From: a virus
Reading direction: 5' to 3' (one strand)
Length of the DNA stretch: 64,000 nucleotides
Virus record (IMG/VR): IMGVR_UViG_3300036886_000043
Location: 33,231 to 97,230 of that record
Position numbers and translations under genes: made by a program. The notes beneath the pieces are model-generated. The model had not been told where the DNA came from and made no database searches. It was given only the letters and a program-made list of their open reading frames with translations. This document shows positions 1 through 11,000 of this stretch, piece by piece; the first letter of the stretch is position 1; every line of letters starts with the position of its first letter.

Positions 1-302
1 CGAAGAGGCCAGGAGAATCTCCAATCGGTCCTACAAACGAGACCAGCGAGCAAAAGAAAAGGCCGAAGCGTTACAGTCGTGACATTCAGCATTACGTCCA
101 GTACACGTTGCTGACTGTCCAGTACAGTCGGCGGATGTCAGCACAGGAAGAAGCAGAGGAAGAAGCAGAGGGAGATATAGAATCAGAAGAAGAAAATCCC
201 CCGCAAGGCCGCTACGAAGTAGCGAGACTTGCAAGCTCAGCGCAGCGTAAAAGCCAGTATAGTGAAATACGCGAGACACATTAGGAAAAACGGAGGGAAG
301 AA

Positions 303-455
303 ATGAAGGTCCGGGTGATAAACAAGTTCAGCAACAACTACGACAAGGTTGGAATCGCGGACGTAGCCGCATGGGATCGAGACGATTTCTGGATTCCTGT
401 AACCATCAACGGGGAAAGACACTTGGTTGCCAAGAGGGATTTGGTGGAAGCGTAG
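303..455 (+). CDS. small hypothetical protein (50 aa, MKVRVINKFS...)
   Basis: GGAGG RBS, then ATG 303 to TAG 455; below the ORF-track cutoff. Confidence 0.55.
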   Translation: MKVRVINKFSNNYDKVGIADVAAWDRDDFWIPVTINGERHLVAKRDLVEA

Positions 456-485
456 CCATTCCAAATTTTTGAATTTGCTACCCTC

Positions 486-513
486 TTGACGAAAACTGCC
501 AACGTGGTACGCT
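486..513 (+). promoter_or_regulatory. sigma70-type promoter upstream of the LexA-like gene
   Basis: TTGACG-16 nt-TACGCT. Confidence 0.5.
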
Positions 514-533
514 TGTCAGGTGAAGGGGAATAA

Positions 534-839
534 ATGGCGGCTGTCACGAAGAGTCAAAGACGGGTTCTCGACTTCATCAAGGAGTTCATCGAGAAGAGGC
601 AATACTCTCCATCGTTTCAGGAAATCGCGGATGGGCTCGGGCTGAAATCATTAGCAACGGTTTTCAAGCACGTTGGGCACCTGAAGAAGAAGGGGCTGTT
701 GAAGGATTCTTTCAATCGTTCGCGGTCTTTGGAGATCGTGGAGCCGGGATCTTTAGAGGCTCGGTTTGTTCTTAATGCTACCCACTCGCATCTTTGGGAC
801 AATGTTGAGAAGTGCTGGTGGGTGAGGGAGAAGCGGTGA
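534..839 (+). CDS. LexA-type winged-helix DNA-binding domain protein lacking the peptidase domain
   Basis: TKSQRRVLDFIKEFIEKRQYSPSFQEIADGLGLKSLATVFKH...NRSRSLEI matches the LexA N-terminal domain; only 101 aa. Confidence 0.85.
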   Translation: MAAVTKSQRRVLDFIKEFIEKRQYSPSFQEIADGLGLKSLATVFKHVGHLKKKGLLKDSFNRSRSLEIVEPGSLEARFVLNATHSHLWDNVEKCWWVREKR

Positions 840-1450
840 TGAAGAAAATCGATGTGACAGAAGAGCGAGAACTGAAGTGGCCGGATGGTTGTGACCGCAC
901 GCGGATTCAGGATCGCAAGGGTCAACCGGCATGGAAGAAGAACTTGGCGCAGTACAAGGATGCGCTAGTGACGGAATTGGGAAGGCTAGGCGCAACCTCT
1001 GTTCTGGTTTGCCGCGGCCCGAATGAGCGACTGGACCCCGGCGTAGCTGTATGGTTCTCAATGGCAACGGCCGACTTTGGTTGGCAGCAAGGATTAGGCA
1101 TTGACAATCCCGCCCCGCGCTTGGAGGAGATTGACGCTGCCTTCCGTGAAAAAACGCGCTCTTGTCATCCTGACCGGCCTGACGGTGGGGACAGTGAACT
1201 ATTTAAGCGGCTCGTGGACTGGCGCCAACAGGCAAAGGCTTGGGTGATGGGTACTCACGACCAGAAGCATGACTACGTGATGGCGATTGACCAGTACACG
1301 GAGCAGCGGCTTAATCTGTGCGCCCTGCGTCTGGCCTTCAGTTATATTCGTGGGCTCAAGCGCGTGGGGGCGCCGGCGATTGTGACGCAGACCCTTGGAG
1401 CGTTCCGGGCGAAGTTGACAGGAGGTTCCAGTGCCGCAGCTACAGCTTGA
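839..1450 (+). CDS. phage J-domain (DnaJ-like) protein
   Basis: EIDAAFREK...HPDRPDGGDSELFKRL with the HPD motif; ATG overlaps the upstream TGA. Confidence 0.8.
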   Translation: MKKIDVTEERELKWPDGCDRTRIQDRKGQPAWKKNLAQYKDALVTELGRLGATSVLVCRGPNERLDPGVAVWFSMATADFGWQQGLGIDNPAPRLEEIDAAFREKTRSCHPDRPDGGDSELFKRLVDWRQQAKAWVMGTHDQKHDYVMAIDQYTEQRLNLCALRLAFSYIRGLKRVGAPAIVTQTLGAFRAKLTGGSSAAATA

Positions 1451-1889
1451 AGGCCGTGTTGACGATCCCTATCAGACCATCGAATCTCTGACGGAAGAAC
1501 TGAGCCAAAGGGACGCAGAGTTACGTGCCGAGCGCAGAAAGAACGCTGGAGTTGAAGCGGGAGTCCGTGACCTGAGAGGGATCCTCGGGCCTCTTTACAA
1601 GGCTCTGCGGCTTGTGTTTGGCGAGATCGAGGCGATGGGCGTTACAGATGGTGCGAATGGGGCGGCAAGTCCGCGAAACAGCGCCGCGTGGGAGCAGTGG
1701 AAGCAGCGGCTTGGCGGAGCGACGGCACGGGCAATCGATGCGCTGATGGTGCATGGAGAGATGAATCAGACCCAACTCCGCATCATTCTTGGATGCGCTA
1801 CGCGGACTGTTACGAATGTAGTGGCTGCGTTGAACCAGGCGAAGCTCATTGATAAGAACGGCGGAAAAATCAGCCTCAAGCAACTGTGA
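1431..1889 (+). CDS. coiled-coil plus C-terminal winged-helix protein
   Basis: N-terminal heptads; C-terminal MNQTQLRIILGCATRTVTNVVAALNQAKLI is HTH-like. Confidence 0.6.
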   Translation: MPQLQLEGRVDDPYQTIESLTEELSQRDAELRAERRKNAGVEAGVRDLRGILGPLYKALRLVFGEIEAMGVTDGANGAASPRNSAAWEQWKQRLGGATARAIDALMVHGEMNQTQLRIILGCATRTVTNVVAALNQAKLIDKNGGKISLKQL

Positions 1890-1913
1890 TTCCAAATTTT
1901 GGAGAGAGTAAGA

Positions 1914-3125
1914 ATGTCGCGCACCCCGGTTCTCATCATTTCCGATAACCCAAACGGATCAACGGGTTTGGGCATGATTGCGCGAGAGATCGCAACCCGC
2001 GTTCAAAAGCACCTGTCTGACGTGTGCTATGTCGGAGTAGCGGGATACGGCGGGGATAACGAGAACAAATTGCCTTTTCCTGTCTACCCATTTAGCGAAT
2101 TGAGGAACTTGACAATCCCATCCTTACCGTGGATTTGGAGGCAGTTCGCCGGCGAACGCAAGGGAATCATCATGACGATCTGGAACATTGCATGGCTTCC
2201 TTGGTTTGCGAACCCTGAAAATCTTCAAGTGAAAGACCGCAAAGACTTAAAACTCAAAGACTTTCTGATGTCAGAAAAGTTCAAGCTCTGGTCCTACGTT
2301 CCGGTTGATTCCGTGGGTCCGAACGATAGGCTATCGGTGCATGAAGAGAGGATTCTGAAGGGACTGAACAGGGTTCTGGCATACACGAAGTTCGGAGCCG
2401 ACGCGATTGACCGAACTCTTGGAAATGATTTAGGGACGACTCCGCACATCTCGCACGGAACGGACCCGTCGATCTTCTATCCGCGGGACCGCAAGGAAGC
2501 CCGGAAGACGCTTTTGAGCCGCATTGGAAGGGGGAACGGCGTTGTATCCGACGACATCATCCTCGTAGGTATTTTTGCCACAAACACTCCTCGAAAAGAT
2601 TGGGCGTTGGGGATTGAAATCTGCGGGCGATTGGTCGAGAAGGGCTATAACATTGGCTTGTTGATTCACGTCAATGCTATGCAGGGGAACTGGAACCTCA
2701 CAGAGTTGTGCTTAGGTTTTGGTTTACAGGGCAGGACGATTGAATCAACACGGCCGCTAGACCGCGAAGACGTTGCGTGGCTCTATGCGGCTTGCGATGT
2801 GACATTGGGCATCGGCTCTGGAGAGGGATGGGGTCTGCCTCTCTCGGAGAGCATGGCGATGGGGGTTCCGGTTGTGCATGGCCGGTATGCGGGCGGGACC
2901 GGGTTCATGCCTGAAGAGTGGACCGTGGAACCCTGCGGGTGGAGATACGAAGGGCCGTTCTCGAACAAGCGGCCAGTGTTCAATCCCGACGACTGGGCAG
3001 AGGTTGTAGGAAAAATCATGATTCCAAACAACAATCCTCGCACATCGTTTCTCGGAAAAGAGTTGATGTGGAACGTGGTTTGGTCACAGTTTGAGAGGTG
3101 GATCAGGGATGGGCTCAATGGATAG
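1914..3125 (+). CDS. GT-B (GT4-like) glycosyltransferase
   Basis: NTPRKD and LYAACDV...GEGWGLPLSESMAMGVPVV motifs. Confidence 0.9.
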   Translation: MSRTPVLIISDNPNGSTGLGMIAREIATRVQKHLSDVCYVGVAGYGGDNENKLPFPVYPFSELRNLTIPSLPWIWRQFAGERKGIIMTIWNIAWLPWFANPENLQVKDRKDLKLKDFLMSEKFKLWSYVPVDSVGPNDRLSVHEERILKGLNRVLAYTKFGADAIDRTLGNDLGTTPHISHGTDPSIFYPRDRKEARKTLLSRIGRGNGVVSDDIILVGIFATNTPRKDWALGIEICGRLVEKGYNIGLLIHVNAMQGNWNLTELCLGFGLQGRTIESTRPLDREDVAWLYAACDVTLGIGSGEGWGLPLSESMAMGVPVVHGRYAGGTGFMPEEWTVEPCGWRYEGPFSNKRPVFNPDDWAEVVGKIMIPNNNPRTSFLGKELMWNVVWSQFERWIRDGLNG

Positions 3126-3678
3126 AAACTTCGAGTCTCTTTGGGAGCCAATTGCAGGCATCAAAGGAGAATACGCCATCTCCAAGGAATCCTTGCGCTA
3201 CGTGCATTCCAAAGCAGCCATCCCTCTCAATCCGGTGTTTTTGGAAATAGGCGTCTGTCATGGACGGACCTTGGCTTTTCTTAGTCAGTGGGCCGCGTCT
3301 GTCAGCGGACGAGCCTACGGAATAGATAACTTCCTTATGGTGGAGGGAAGCCTTGAAGGGGTATTTGTAGAGTTCGAGTCAAGAAAATTGACGAACTGGA
3401 TAGTCATTGCGTCCGACACGCAGACGGCCCATTGGCGCTTGCCTATTGATCTTCTTATTGTCGATGGTGGTCACGCCGAAGAAGTTGTTTCAAGAGATAT
3501 TGAAAAATATCTTCCATTTGTGAAATTCGGTGGGTATGTGTTTTTCCATGATTATGACGACCCTTACACGCGGGACAGTTGCCATTGGGCGATACGGTAC
3601 TATGCGGATCAAGCCTGCAAAAAATGGGAAGATTTAGGCGCCAGAGTCGAGGGCCTGAAAGGATGGAGAAAGCCATGA
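3118..3678 (+). CDS. class I SAM-dependent methyltransferase (Methyltransf_24-like)
   Basis: LEIGVCHGRT; IDLLIVDGGH; GGYVFFHDY. Confidence 0.88.
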   Translation: MDRNFESLWEPIAGIKGEYAISKESLRYVHSKAAIPLNPVFLEIGVCHGRTLAFLSQWAASVSGRAYGIDNFLMVEGSLEGVFVEFESRKLTNWIVIASDTQTAHWRLPIDLLIVDGGHAEEVVSRDIEKYLPFVKFGGYVFFHDYDDPYTRDSCHWAIRYYADQACKKWEDLGARVEGLKGWRKP

Positions 3679-4232
3679 TTCCAATTCCTTATTATCCGAA
3701 GTTCTATCGTGTTCCGCTCCGCTTGGCCGATGTCCCTACGGCTTGGGGTCCGAACGAGTCTATCCTCATGGATATGATTCAGCGGTTCGATATTCCCACA
3801 AACAGAGCCCTTGAGTTTGGGGTGGACTATGGGTATTCCGCGTCGGCGCTGGCAAACTACTTCGATGAAGTAATCGCTGTAGACCACTTCCAGGGAGATC
3901 CGCAGACCGGGGAACGGGACAACTTGTATGAGCAGGCTTTGAAGGCCCTTCAGAACTTTCCTAACATTCGTTTGGTCTGCCAAGACTATCGAGAGTTCAT
4001 TAAGGTCGATAAAGACGAATACGGACTTATCCATGTAGACATGTTCCACGATTACGAATGTACCTACGGTGCCGGCCGGTGGGCCGCAGATCATGCCAGG
4101 GTAGTGATCTTCCACGATACTGAAGGGTGGGTAGAAGTGAAGGACGCGGCAGGGAAGATTTCTGAGGAGACAGGGATGAAGTTCTACAACTACGCCGTGA
4201 ACTTTGGTCTCGGAATTCTAGTGAGGCAATAA
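3675..4232 (+). CDS. class I SAM-dependent methyltransferase (Methyltransf_24-like)
   Basis: LEFGVDYGYS; LIHVDMFHDY; VIFHD. Confidence 0.85.
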   Translation: MIPIPYYPKFYRVPLRLADVPTAWGPNESILMDMIQRFDIPTNRALEFGVDYGYSASALANYFDEVIAVDHFQGDPQTGERDNLYEQALKALQNFPNIRLVCQDYREFIKVDKDEYGLIHVDMFHDYECTYGAGRWAADHARVVIFHDTEGWVEVKDAAGKISEETGMKFYNYAVNFGLGILVRQ

Positions 4233-4750
4233 TGCACCCCTCGGCGCTGAAGAGCGGAAAGCAGTTTTTCGAGAAGTACGCCATCCGCGGCTCTATCGTG
4301 GAGATCGGAAGTTGCGTGGTCGGTGGGGGGAGCCTTCGGGATGTTTCTCCCGCCGGCTGTAAATATCTTGGCTTGGATATATGTGAAGGCCCTGGGGTAG
4401 ACGTGGCGATGCCAGACCCGTACAGCTTTCCTATTCTTGACGGCTGTGCGGATTGTGTGGTTTGCTCCTCGGTTTTTGAGCATGTTGAGTTCTTTTGGCT
4501 GACCTTCTTGGAAATGGTCAGGGTCGTTAAAGTCGGGGGATTGATCTACGCGAACGCCCCAAGTAACGGCATAGTTCACGGTTACCCTGTAGACTGTTGG
4601 AGGTTTTACCCTGATGCTGGACAGGCTTTGGCAAAATGGGCATTGAGGAGTGGTCTTCCGGTCGAAGTGGTGGAAACGTGGATAGGTCCGCCCGACGGGG
4701 CAGATTCCGCAAGGTGGGAAGACTGGGTGTGCGTGTGGAGGAAACTGTGA
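4232..4750 (+). CDS. SAM-dependent methyltransferase (type 11-like)
   Basis: IVEIGS; YLGLD; SSVFEHV; HGYPVDCWRF. Confidence 0.88.
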   Translation: MHPSALKSGKQFFEKYAIRGSIVEIGSCVVGGGSLRDVSPAGCKYLGLDICEGPGVDVAMPDPYSFPILDGCADCVVCSSVFEHVEFFWLTFLEMVRVVKVGGLIYANAPSNGIVHGYPVDCWRFYPDAGQALAKWALRSGLPVEVVETWIGPPDGADSARWEDWVCVWRKL

Positions 4751-5784
4751 TGGAAAACATTCTAGTAACGGGCGGCGCGGGGTTCATCGGGAGCCATTTG
4801 ACGGACTACCTGCTCAACCAAGAACACAATGTTGTAGTCCTCGACGACCTCAGCGGAGGGTTCAAGAAGAATCTCGAATTTCTACTTTCCGGCAAGTCGT
4901 CTGACGAGCCAATTGTGAGGAGGGACTGCATTTTTGTTAAAGGGTCCATCCTCGACGTTCCGCTGGTGGACAAGTTGTTCGACCAGTATCGTTTTTCTCG
5001 TGTCTACCATCTTGCAGCATACGCAGCGGAGGGGCTTTCTCACTTTATCAAGCGGTTCAACTACCAGAACAATCTTATCGGTTCGGTGAACCTCATCAAC
5101 GCGGCCGTAAAATACGGGACGGAATGTTTTGTGTTCACTTCTTCAATGGCCGTGTACGGGTCGGCCCAAGTTCCATTTGATGAAAGCATGAGGCCGGCGC
5201 CGGAGGACTCCTACGGAATTGCCAAGTATGCGGTAGAGCAGGAATTGGCAATCAGCAAAGATGTGTTCGGATTGGACTATGTGATATTCCGTCCGCACAA
5301 CGTAATTGGAGAGAGGCAGAATATCGGCGACCCCTACCGAAACGTAGTCGGAATTTTCATGAATAAAACTCTCTTAGGGGAGCCCATGACCATCTTTGGC
5401 GACGGAGAGCAGGCCCGAGCTTTCAGTTACATCGGGGACATCGTTCCCACGATTGCGGACTCCCCCTCTATTTCGGCGGCAAGGGGGAATATCTTCAACA
5501 TTGGCGGAGACACGCCCTGCACCATCAATGAACTGGCGAATCTTGTTGCGGAGGCTATGGGTGTTGAAAAGAAAGTGGTTCACCTGGAAGAGAGGCATGA
5601 GGTAAAGTACGCCTACTGCAATCATGACCGAGCCGCCGAAACATTCAACTATGCGCCGCGAACATCGTTGCGCGATGGGATCTCTCTGATGGCGGAGTGG
5701 GTTAAGAGGCATGGTTCGCGGCGGGGAAAGGATTTTGACGGCATTGAAATTACAAAGAATTTACCGACTTTCTGGAGGAGATAG
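4750..5784 (+). CDS. NAD-dependent nucleotide-sugar epimerase/dehydratase
   Basis: ILVTGGAGFIGSHL; TSSMAVYG; YGIAK (YxxxK). Confidence 0.93.
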   Translation: MENILVTGGAGFIGSHLTDYLLNQEHNVVVLDDLSGGFKKNLEFLLSGKSSDEPIVRRDCIFVKGSILDVPLVDKLFDQYRFSRVYHLAAYAAEGLSHFIKRFNYQNNLIGSVNLINAAVKYGTECFVFTSSMAVYGSAQVPFDESMRPAPEDSYGIAKYAVEQELAISKDVFGLDYVIFRPHNVIGERQNIGDPYRNVVGIFMNKTLLGEPMTIFGDGEQARAFSYIGDIVPTIADSPSISAARGNIFNIGGDTPCTINELANLVAEAMGVEKKVVHLEERHEVKYAYCNHDRAAETFNYAPRTSLRDGISLMAEWVKRHGSRRGKDFDGIEITKNLPTFWRR

Positions 5785-5786
5785 GG

Positions 5787-6614
5787 ATGGAAATACTGCA
5801 AATGTCAGATAGGCCGCTAAGTAGTCGTATGCTGCTTGGAAGACCATCTGCGCGTTGGTTGGGTCAGTCAGAAAAAACCGGGGAAGGCTGGGGGTATCAG
5901 TCATGCTGGTTCTCGCATGATGTAACGGCCGCTAACAGGTATCCCATCTGCGAAGTGTATGACACTCCCATGATGGAGGCGTACCAAAAGTGCTTTGAAG
6001 CGTCGTTTCGGGAGGGCTGTGAATTCGTTGGAATGATCCACGATGACCTCTCGATTTATGAAATGGGATGGGACTTGCGCGTTCTGGAAGAATTCGAAGA
6101 TCCCGAGGTCGGAGCGGTGGGATTCTTTGGGGCGTTCTCTCATTGCCAGCCGCAACTTTATGATGAGCCATGCAAGCCGGTGAACTTTACTCGCTCTGGG
6201 GTGGTTTCCAACCTGCGCCGCGACGCTCATTTTTGTGGGGAGAGGTACACGGGGTCGTGTGATGTGGCGGTGTTCGATGGACTGGCCTTGTTCATCCGGC
6301 GAGACGCATTAGTTAAGATCAACGGTTGGCCGGTTGGTACTGCAATTCAATACTGGGCGTATGATTATTGGCTGTCTATGGAGCTTCGACGTATAGGGTA
6401 TCGCCTGCGCGTGGTTGGAATCGATTGCGACCATTGGAGCGGAAAGGGAATGCCGATCGCTAAACAACTGGCCGAAGCTGTCGGTAAAATCAACCCCTGC
6501 GGCGATGAGGCACACATTCTCGCTCATCAGTATCTCTACGACCTCTACAAAGGAACAGGCGTTATTCCGTACACGGTTGTGGACCAACATCGAAAGGAGA
6601 AATCTCTTGGATAA
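5787..6614 (+). CDS. GT-A (family 2-like) glycosyltransferase
   Basis: MIHDD, VAVFDGLAL, YDYWLS motifs. Confidence 0.75.
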   Translation: MEILQMSDRPLSSRMLLGRPSARWLGQSEKTGEGWGYQSCWFSHDVTAANRYPICEVYDTPMMEAYQKCFEASFREGCEFVGMIHDDLSIYEMGWDLRVLEEFEDPEVGAVGFFGAFSHCQPQLYDEPCKPVNFTRSGVVSNLRRDAHFCGERYTGSCDVAVFDGLALFIRRDALVKINGWPVGTAIQYWAYDYWLSMELRRIGYRLRVVGIDCDHWSGKGMPIAKQLAEAVGKINPCGDEAHILAHQYLYDLYKGTGVIPYTVVDQHRKEKSLG

Positions 6615-7296
6615 TCAGGACTACGCAATCTTTTGCCCAGTAGTCAATCGATTTGACTTACTTGACGCGGCGGTAGCCAGCACTGCGCCATACAACATGA
6701 CCGTCATCGACAACTCGAACGGGAAGTTAGGTGACCGCTACAAGGGCGCCGAGCATGTCACTGTCTATATTCCGTCGGTTCCTCTTACGTTTCAACAGAC
6801 CTCAAATCTTGAATGTTGGTTGGCGAAACAGCGTGGTGCGAAGTATTACGTTCACATGCACTCTGATGCTCAGTTCCCGACAGAGCGCATTGGCGAACTA
6901 CTGGATATTGCACGCAGGGCCGATGGAAAGCGGTGGCTGGTAATCTTCACGCTCTATGACATTCTCTGCGTCTACAATGTCGCCGCGATGGAAGACCTGG
7001 GGGGCTATGACGCGCATCTCTTCCATCTTTACCACGGGGACAACGATCTTTGGCGAAGGGCGAAACTTTCCGGGTATGAGCGCATCGAGGCCGGTGGGGA
7101 AGGCATCATTCACAATGGAGGAGGGTCGGCAACAATCAACTCCGATTCGCGTTGGAAAATCTGCAACGACAATCAATTTCCGTTATCGGCGGAAATTTTC
7201 AGGCGCAAGTGGGGAGGCAATCCCGAGCATGAGACTTACACTGCTCCCTTCAACCGGCCAGACGTATTTACCGACATGAAGCCTGTCATCCCATAG
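6607..7296 (+). CDS. GT-A (family 2-like) glycosyltransferase
   Basis: PVVNRFDLL, VIDNS, MHSDA, LGGYD...YHGDNDL; AAGGAG RBS before TTG 6607. Confidence 0.8.
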   Translation: MDNQDYAIFCPVVNRFDLLDAAVASTAPYNMTVIDNSNGKLGDRYKGAEHVTVYIPSVPLTFQQTSNLECWLAKQRGAKYYVHMHSDAQFPTERIGELLDIARRADGKRWLVIFTLYDILCVYNVAAMEDLGGYDAHLFHLYHGDNDLWRRAKLSGYERIEAGGEGIIHNGGGSATINSDSRWKICNDNQFPLSAEIFRRKWGGNPEHETYTAPFNRPDVFTDMKPVIP

Positions 7297-8017
7297 GGTT
7301 CCAAAATTTGGAGTGGACGTTGAATCTTCAGAGAATGACAAACCGGGATCTATGGAACGAATGGACTGAAGCCCTGGAGTCCGCGGCATTGGATGAGAGC
7401 AACGACTCCGCGAAGCGCCGGGAAGAGCAGTGCTTGAACGAGATCATCAGACGGATGCAGGAAGCGTCCACGAGGCCGCTGGTGCGGCAGGAGGCATGAT
7501 GGGAAATGAAGTCATTGTCGAAGAGCACGAGAACATACGGCCTACGTGGAAGGTGTCCTGTAATATCGGGACATTGTTGTTTACTGGATGGAAAAAGGGG
7601 TGCGCTCAGTTACAATGGACTCCGCCTGATGATATTCATTGCTTGCAGTGTTACGTGAATTTCTCTCCGGCGCCGAAAATGTGGAGGATTGTCGAAATTC
7701 TGAATCGCTTTATACGCCAAGAGTCGCACAGAGAAGACATCGTGGTAAAGGCTCAGGAGGTGCAGGCGTGAGTCGTGAAGTTATAGTCCGCGACGAGTTC
7801 TATCGGTTAGGGAAAGAGGTTCGGCAACGCCGATGGATAGGCGGTGTGCTGATATTTGATATTGGTTCTCCGGTTGTCGCCGTGGACTGCTGGAACCTCC
7901 AGAGCGCGTGGACTACTCTTGTGAAGCTGCCAGCCGCTCTTATGAAAGAGGGACCAAAGTCCCTGATGATTAAGAAATCTGTAGCATCTACGGCTTAGAC
8001 AGCGGTACGATACACCT

Positions 8018-11000
8018 ATGCCGGACGCTGTTTACAAAGAGTACCCTCTCATCTTCCAAAGCAAGGGAATCTTCGCCCGCCAGGTCGATGACCTTGTGGA
8101 CCCGCAAGGGCTTTTGAATGAGGATAATGTTGAGGAGTTGGCAGAAGGCGCTTATGCTCAAAAATTGGGCAGTGTCCTCGTAAACGCCCAGGGGACCATC
8201 GGCCAGCCGGTCTACCCGTTATCGGGGAAAGTGGTCAGCCTATCCAAATTAGGCCAGTTGGCGGGGGCATACGCAAGATATGCGGTTACGGCAGACGGGG
8301 CTCTCTGGCGCAGATCGTTGCTTTCGGCGGGGCAGTTCACAAAGATTTCTACATCCTTCAGCGGGAGCCCTTGCTCGATTCAGTCTTACTGCAACACGGA
8401 TTTTACCTCAGTATCGACGGAATTTTTTGCAGACGCCGCAGGGATGTTCAAGGACGACGGAACCTTTGCGGCTCCACAGCAGATGGGCATCTTCCAGCCC
8501 CAGTTTCCAGTGCAGGCGCAGGCGCAGCCGCCCTCATCCGTGATACTTGACAACTATGTGACCTCGGCGGGGAGCTATTCATACACCGGGATCTCTGGAG
8601 GAACCAACGCAGGATACGTGAATACGACGATCCCTGCTGGAGTTCCCGCCGCAGGGCTTCAATCGGTAACGGTGGTCGATCCTACGCAGCCGGGCCTATT
8701 CCAGCTTTTGACTGTTGACTCAGGCGGAAATGCGGAGACGGTCCTTGTCCTCTTAGTGACTCCCACGGGGTTTGTGGCGAACTTCACAAAGATTCACTCA
8801 AGTGGAGTCACGGTCACGAGCGCAGACCTCTCGGTTTCGGTTCCTGCAAGCACTACGGCAACAATAAGTGCCTCATTCGGCATCCTTCCATGTGGGGCTA
8901 AACCGATACTTGTGAACTGGCCCGTTACAAACCAGCCACTACAGCAAGCGGACTACCTTGGCTTGTATCTTTTTGTCAGTGATCCAACCCAGATACAGAG
9001 CATCACGCTCAAGCTCGATTGCGGGGATGGTTCATTCGATAGTGATTATTTCTACAAGGTCATTGCTCAAGGTCCACTCCAAAATTTGGTATCTTCGGCA
9101 ACCTCTTCAACAGACCCAACAACTGCATTGACGGACGCGCTCCTGTCAGACAGCCTCAATCTCTACGGCAACCAAGCCGGAGGGATCGGTGAACTGAATA
9201 CCGGGCTCGACAACTGGACACCGCTCCTCTTTCAACTCTCCGACTTTGCCGGCTCAGGCCGTGCGGACTTCAACGATCCGGTCTACAACTGGGCCAACGT
9301 CAACGGCTACCAGATTCAGATTGTCACCAACGACAACACGAGCGTGACGGTCAATCTTGCGGCCCTGGTGCTCTTTGGCGGAGCCGGTCCAGATACGCTC
9401 GGAGGCGTAGCTTACGACTACGTGTGGACGTTTTTCAATCCGGTGGATGGAACAGAGTCAAACCCGTCAATGATTGTGACGAACCAGAACCCGCCGAATC
9501 AGACGAACCGGGTCTATCCGCGGCGCCAGCCGGTGTTGTTGAACATGGACGTTACCACTTACGGACCATTAGGGCAGTTGCAAGACGGTCAGATCGGGTA
9601 TCTGAGAATCTACAGGCGAGGTGGAACACTCGGGGACAACTTCCGAAGGGTAGATCAAATTCCGGTCAACATAGCGGCCGGGGGAATCGTCCAGTACATC
9701 GACACAGCGCCGGACTACCTAGTAGCCGGAGCAGATATTGTCTCGTTTACCAACGATGTTCCGGTCCCGAGCCTACTCCCGGTCCCGGTCAACACGACAT
9801 TGATGACTCCGATCTATACAGAAAATCAGGTGACGAACGTCTTCCCTGTGTCGATGGCAAACATCTCTGTGCGCCAGCAGGTAACAATCGGAAGTCCTAC
9901 TGCAATAGCAAACAACTTTGAAACCGTAATTGTTCTAACCCTCGACGAAGCAAGTTTTACTGCGTTTGTGCAAAACGCTCATGCGGCTGGAGAGCCGGTA
10001 CAGGCAAGCTATCAGGTAGGCCAGCCGGTTTATGGAATGGTCATAGCCTTCAACAAGGCATGGTATTGGGGAGATCCGAATAACCCGTCTACCCTCTACT
10101 TCAGCACCGGAAATGCTCCGCAGTACGTGGGAGAGGCGAACAACGTCATTGTCTCCACCCCGGACGACTACATCACAACAGTTAAGCCTTACAAGGGAAA
10201 CATCTTCGTCAGTTGCGTCAAAAGCGGGTGGTGGATGATTCCTCCGGGCTCTCCTGCCAGCCAGCCGCCGTATCCTACGGCCTGCGTACATGGCTGCGTG
10301 GCTCCGTTCGGGGCCGTGGCGACAGAGGAAATGATTCTCTATCAGGCGGCGGACGGAATACGCGCTTTCGCTGGAGGGGCATCGGAGTATATGAGTCTCC
10401 CGATTGAATTCATTTTTCAAGGCGTGGGTTCTACTCCGATTGTCGAAGCGGATCAAACGAAGTTGTCTCAGACGGTGGCCGCGTATTGGAACTCGATGGT
10501 ATTTTTCAGCTACATCGGGACGGATGGGAACCGGCATCGAGTGATTGCCCACGCTCAATACAAGAGGTTCAGGAATGACGACGTGGACGCTCAATGCCTC
10601 TTGCTTGAGGCCGACACGAATCAGTTGCTCTATGGAGACTCAAACGGACTGGTTCACATCGACCGTCAGAACCTTCCCTATGACCAGGTAAACAGCGGCG
10701 GTGTGCTGGCCGCGGGACCGATTGCGATCAATTTGCAAACAGCCTATAGCTTCCAAGGAAGCCCCGCGAACCAGAAACAGTATCAGGCCGTTCAGATCGA
10801 CTGCAACACAGGGGGCCAAACGCTCAACGTCAACCTTCTCTTCAATGATGGAGAGATCACAGTCGCGCTCGGAACGATCAGCAATGCACAGCGCGGCAAG
10901 ATCAATCTGCCAGTGAACTTAGGGTTGGGCCAACAGGCGTATAAGATTTCGCTTCAGATCACCGGCAACGTGTCTGCCTTCGCGTACCTCTATCAAGCCG

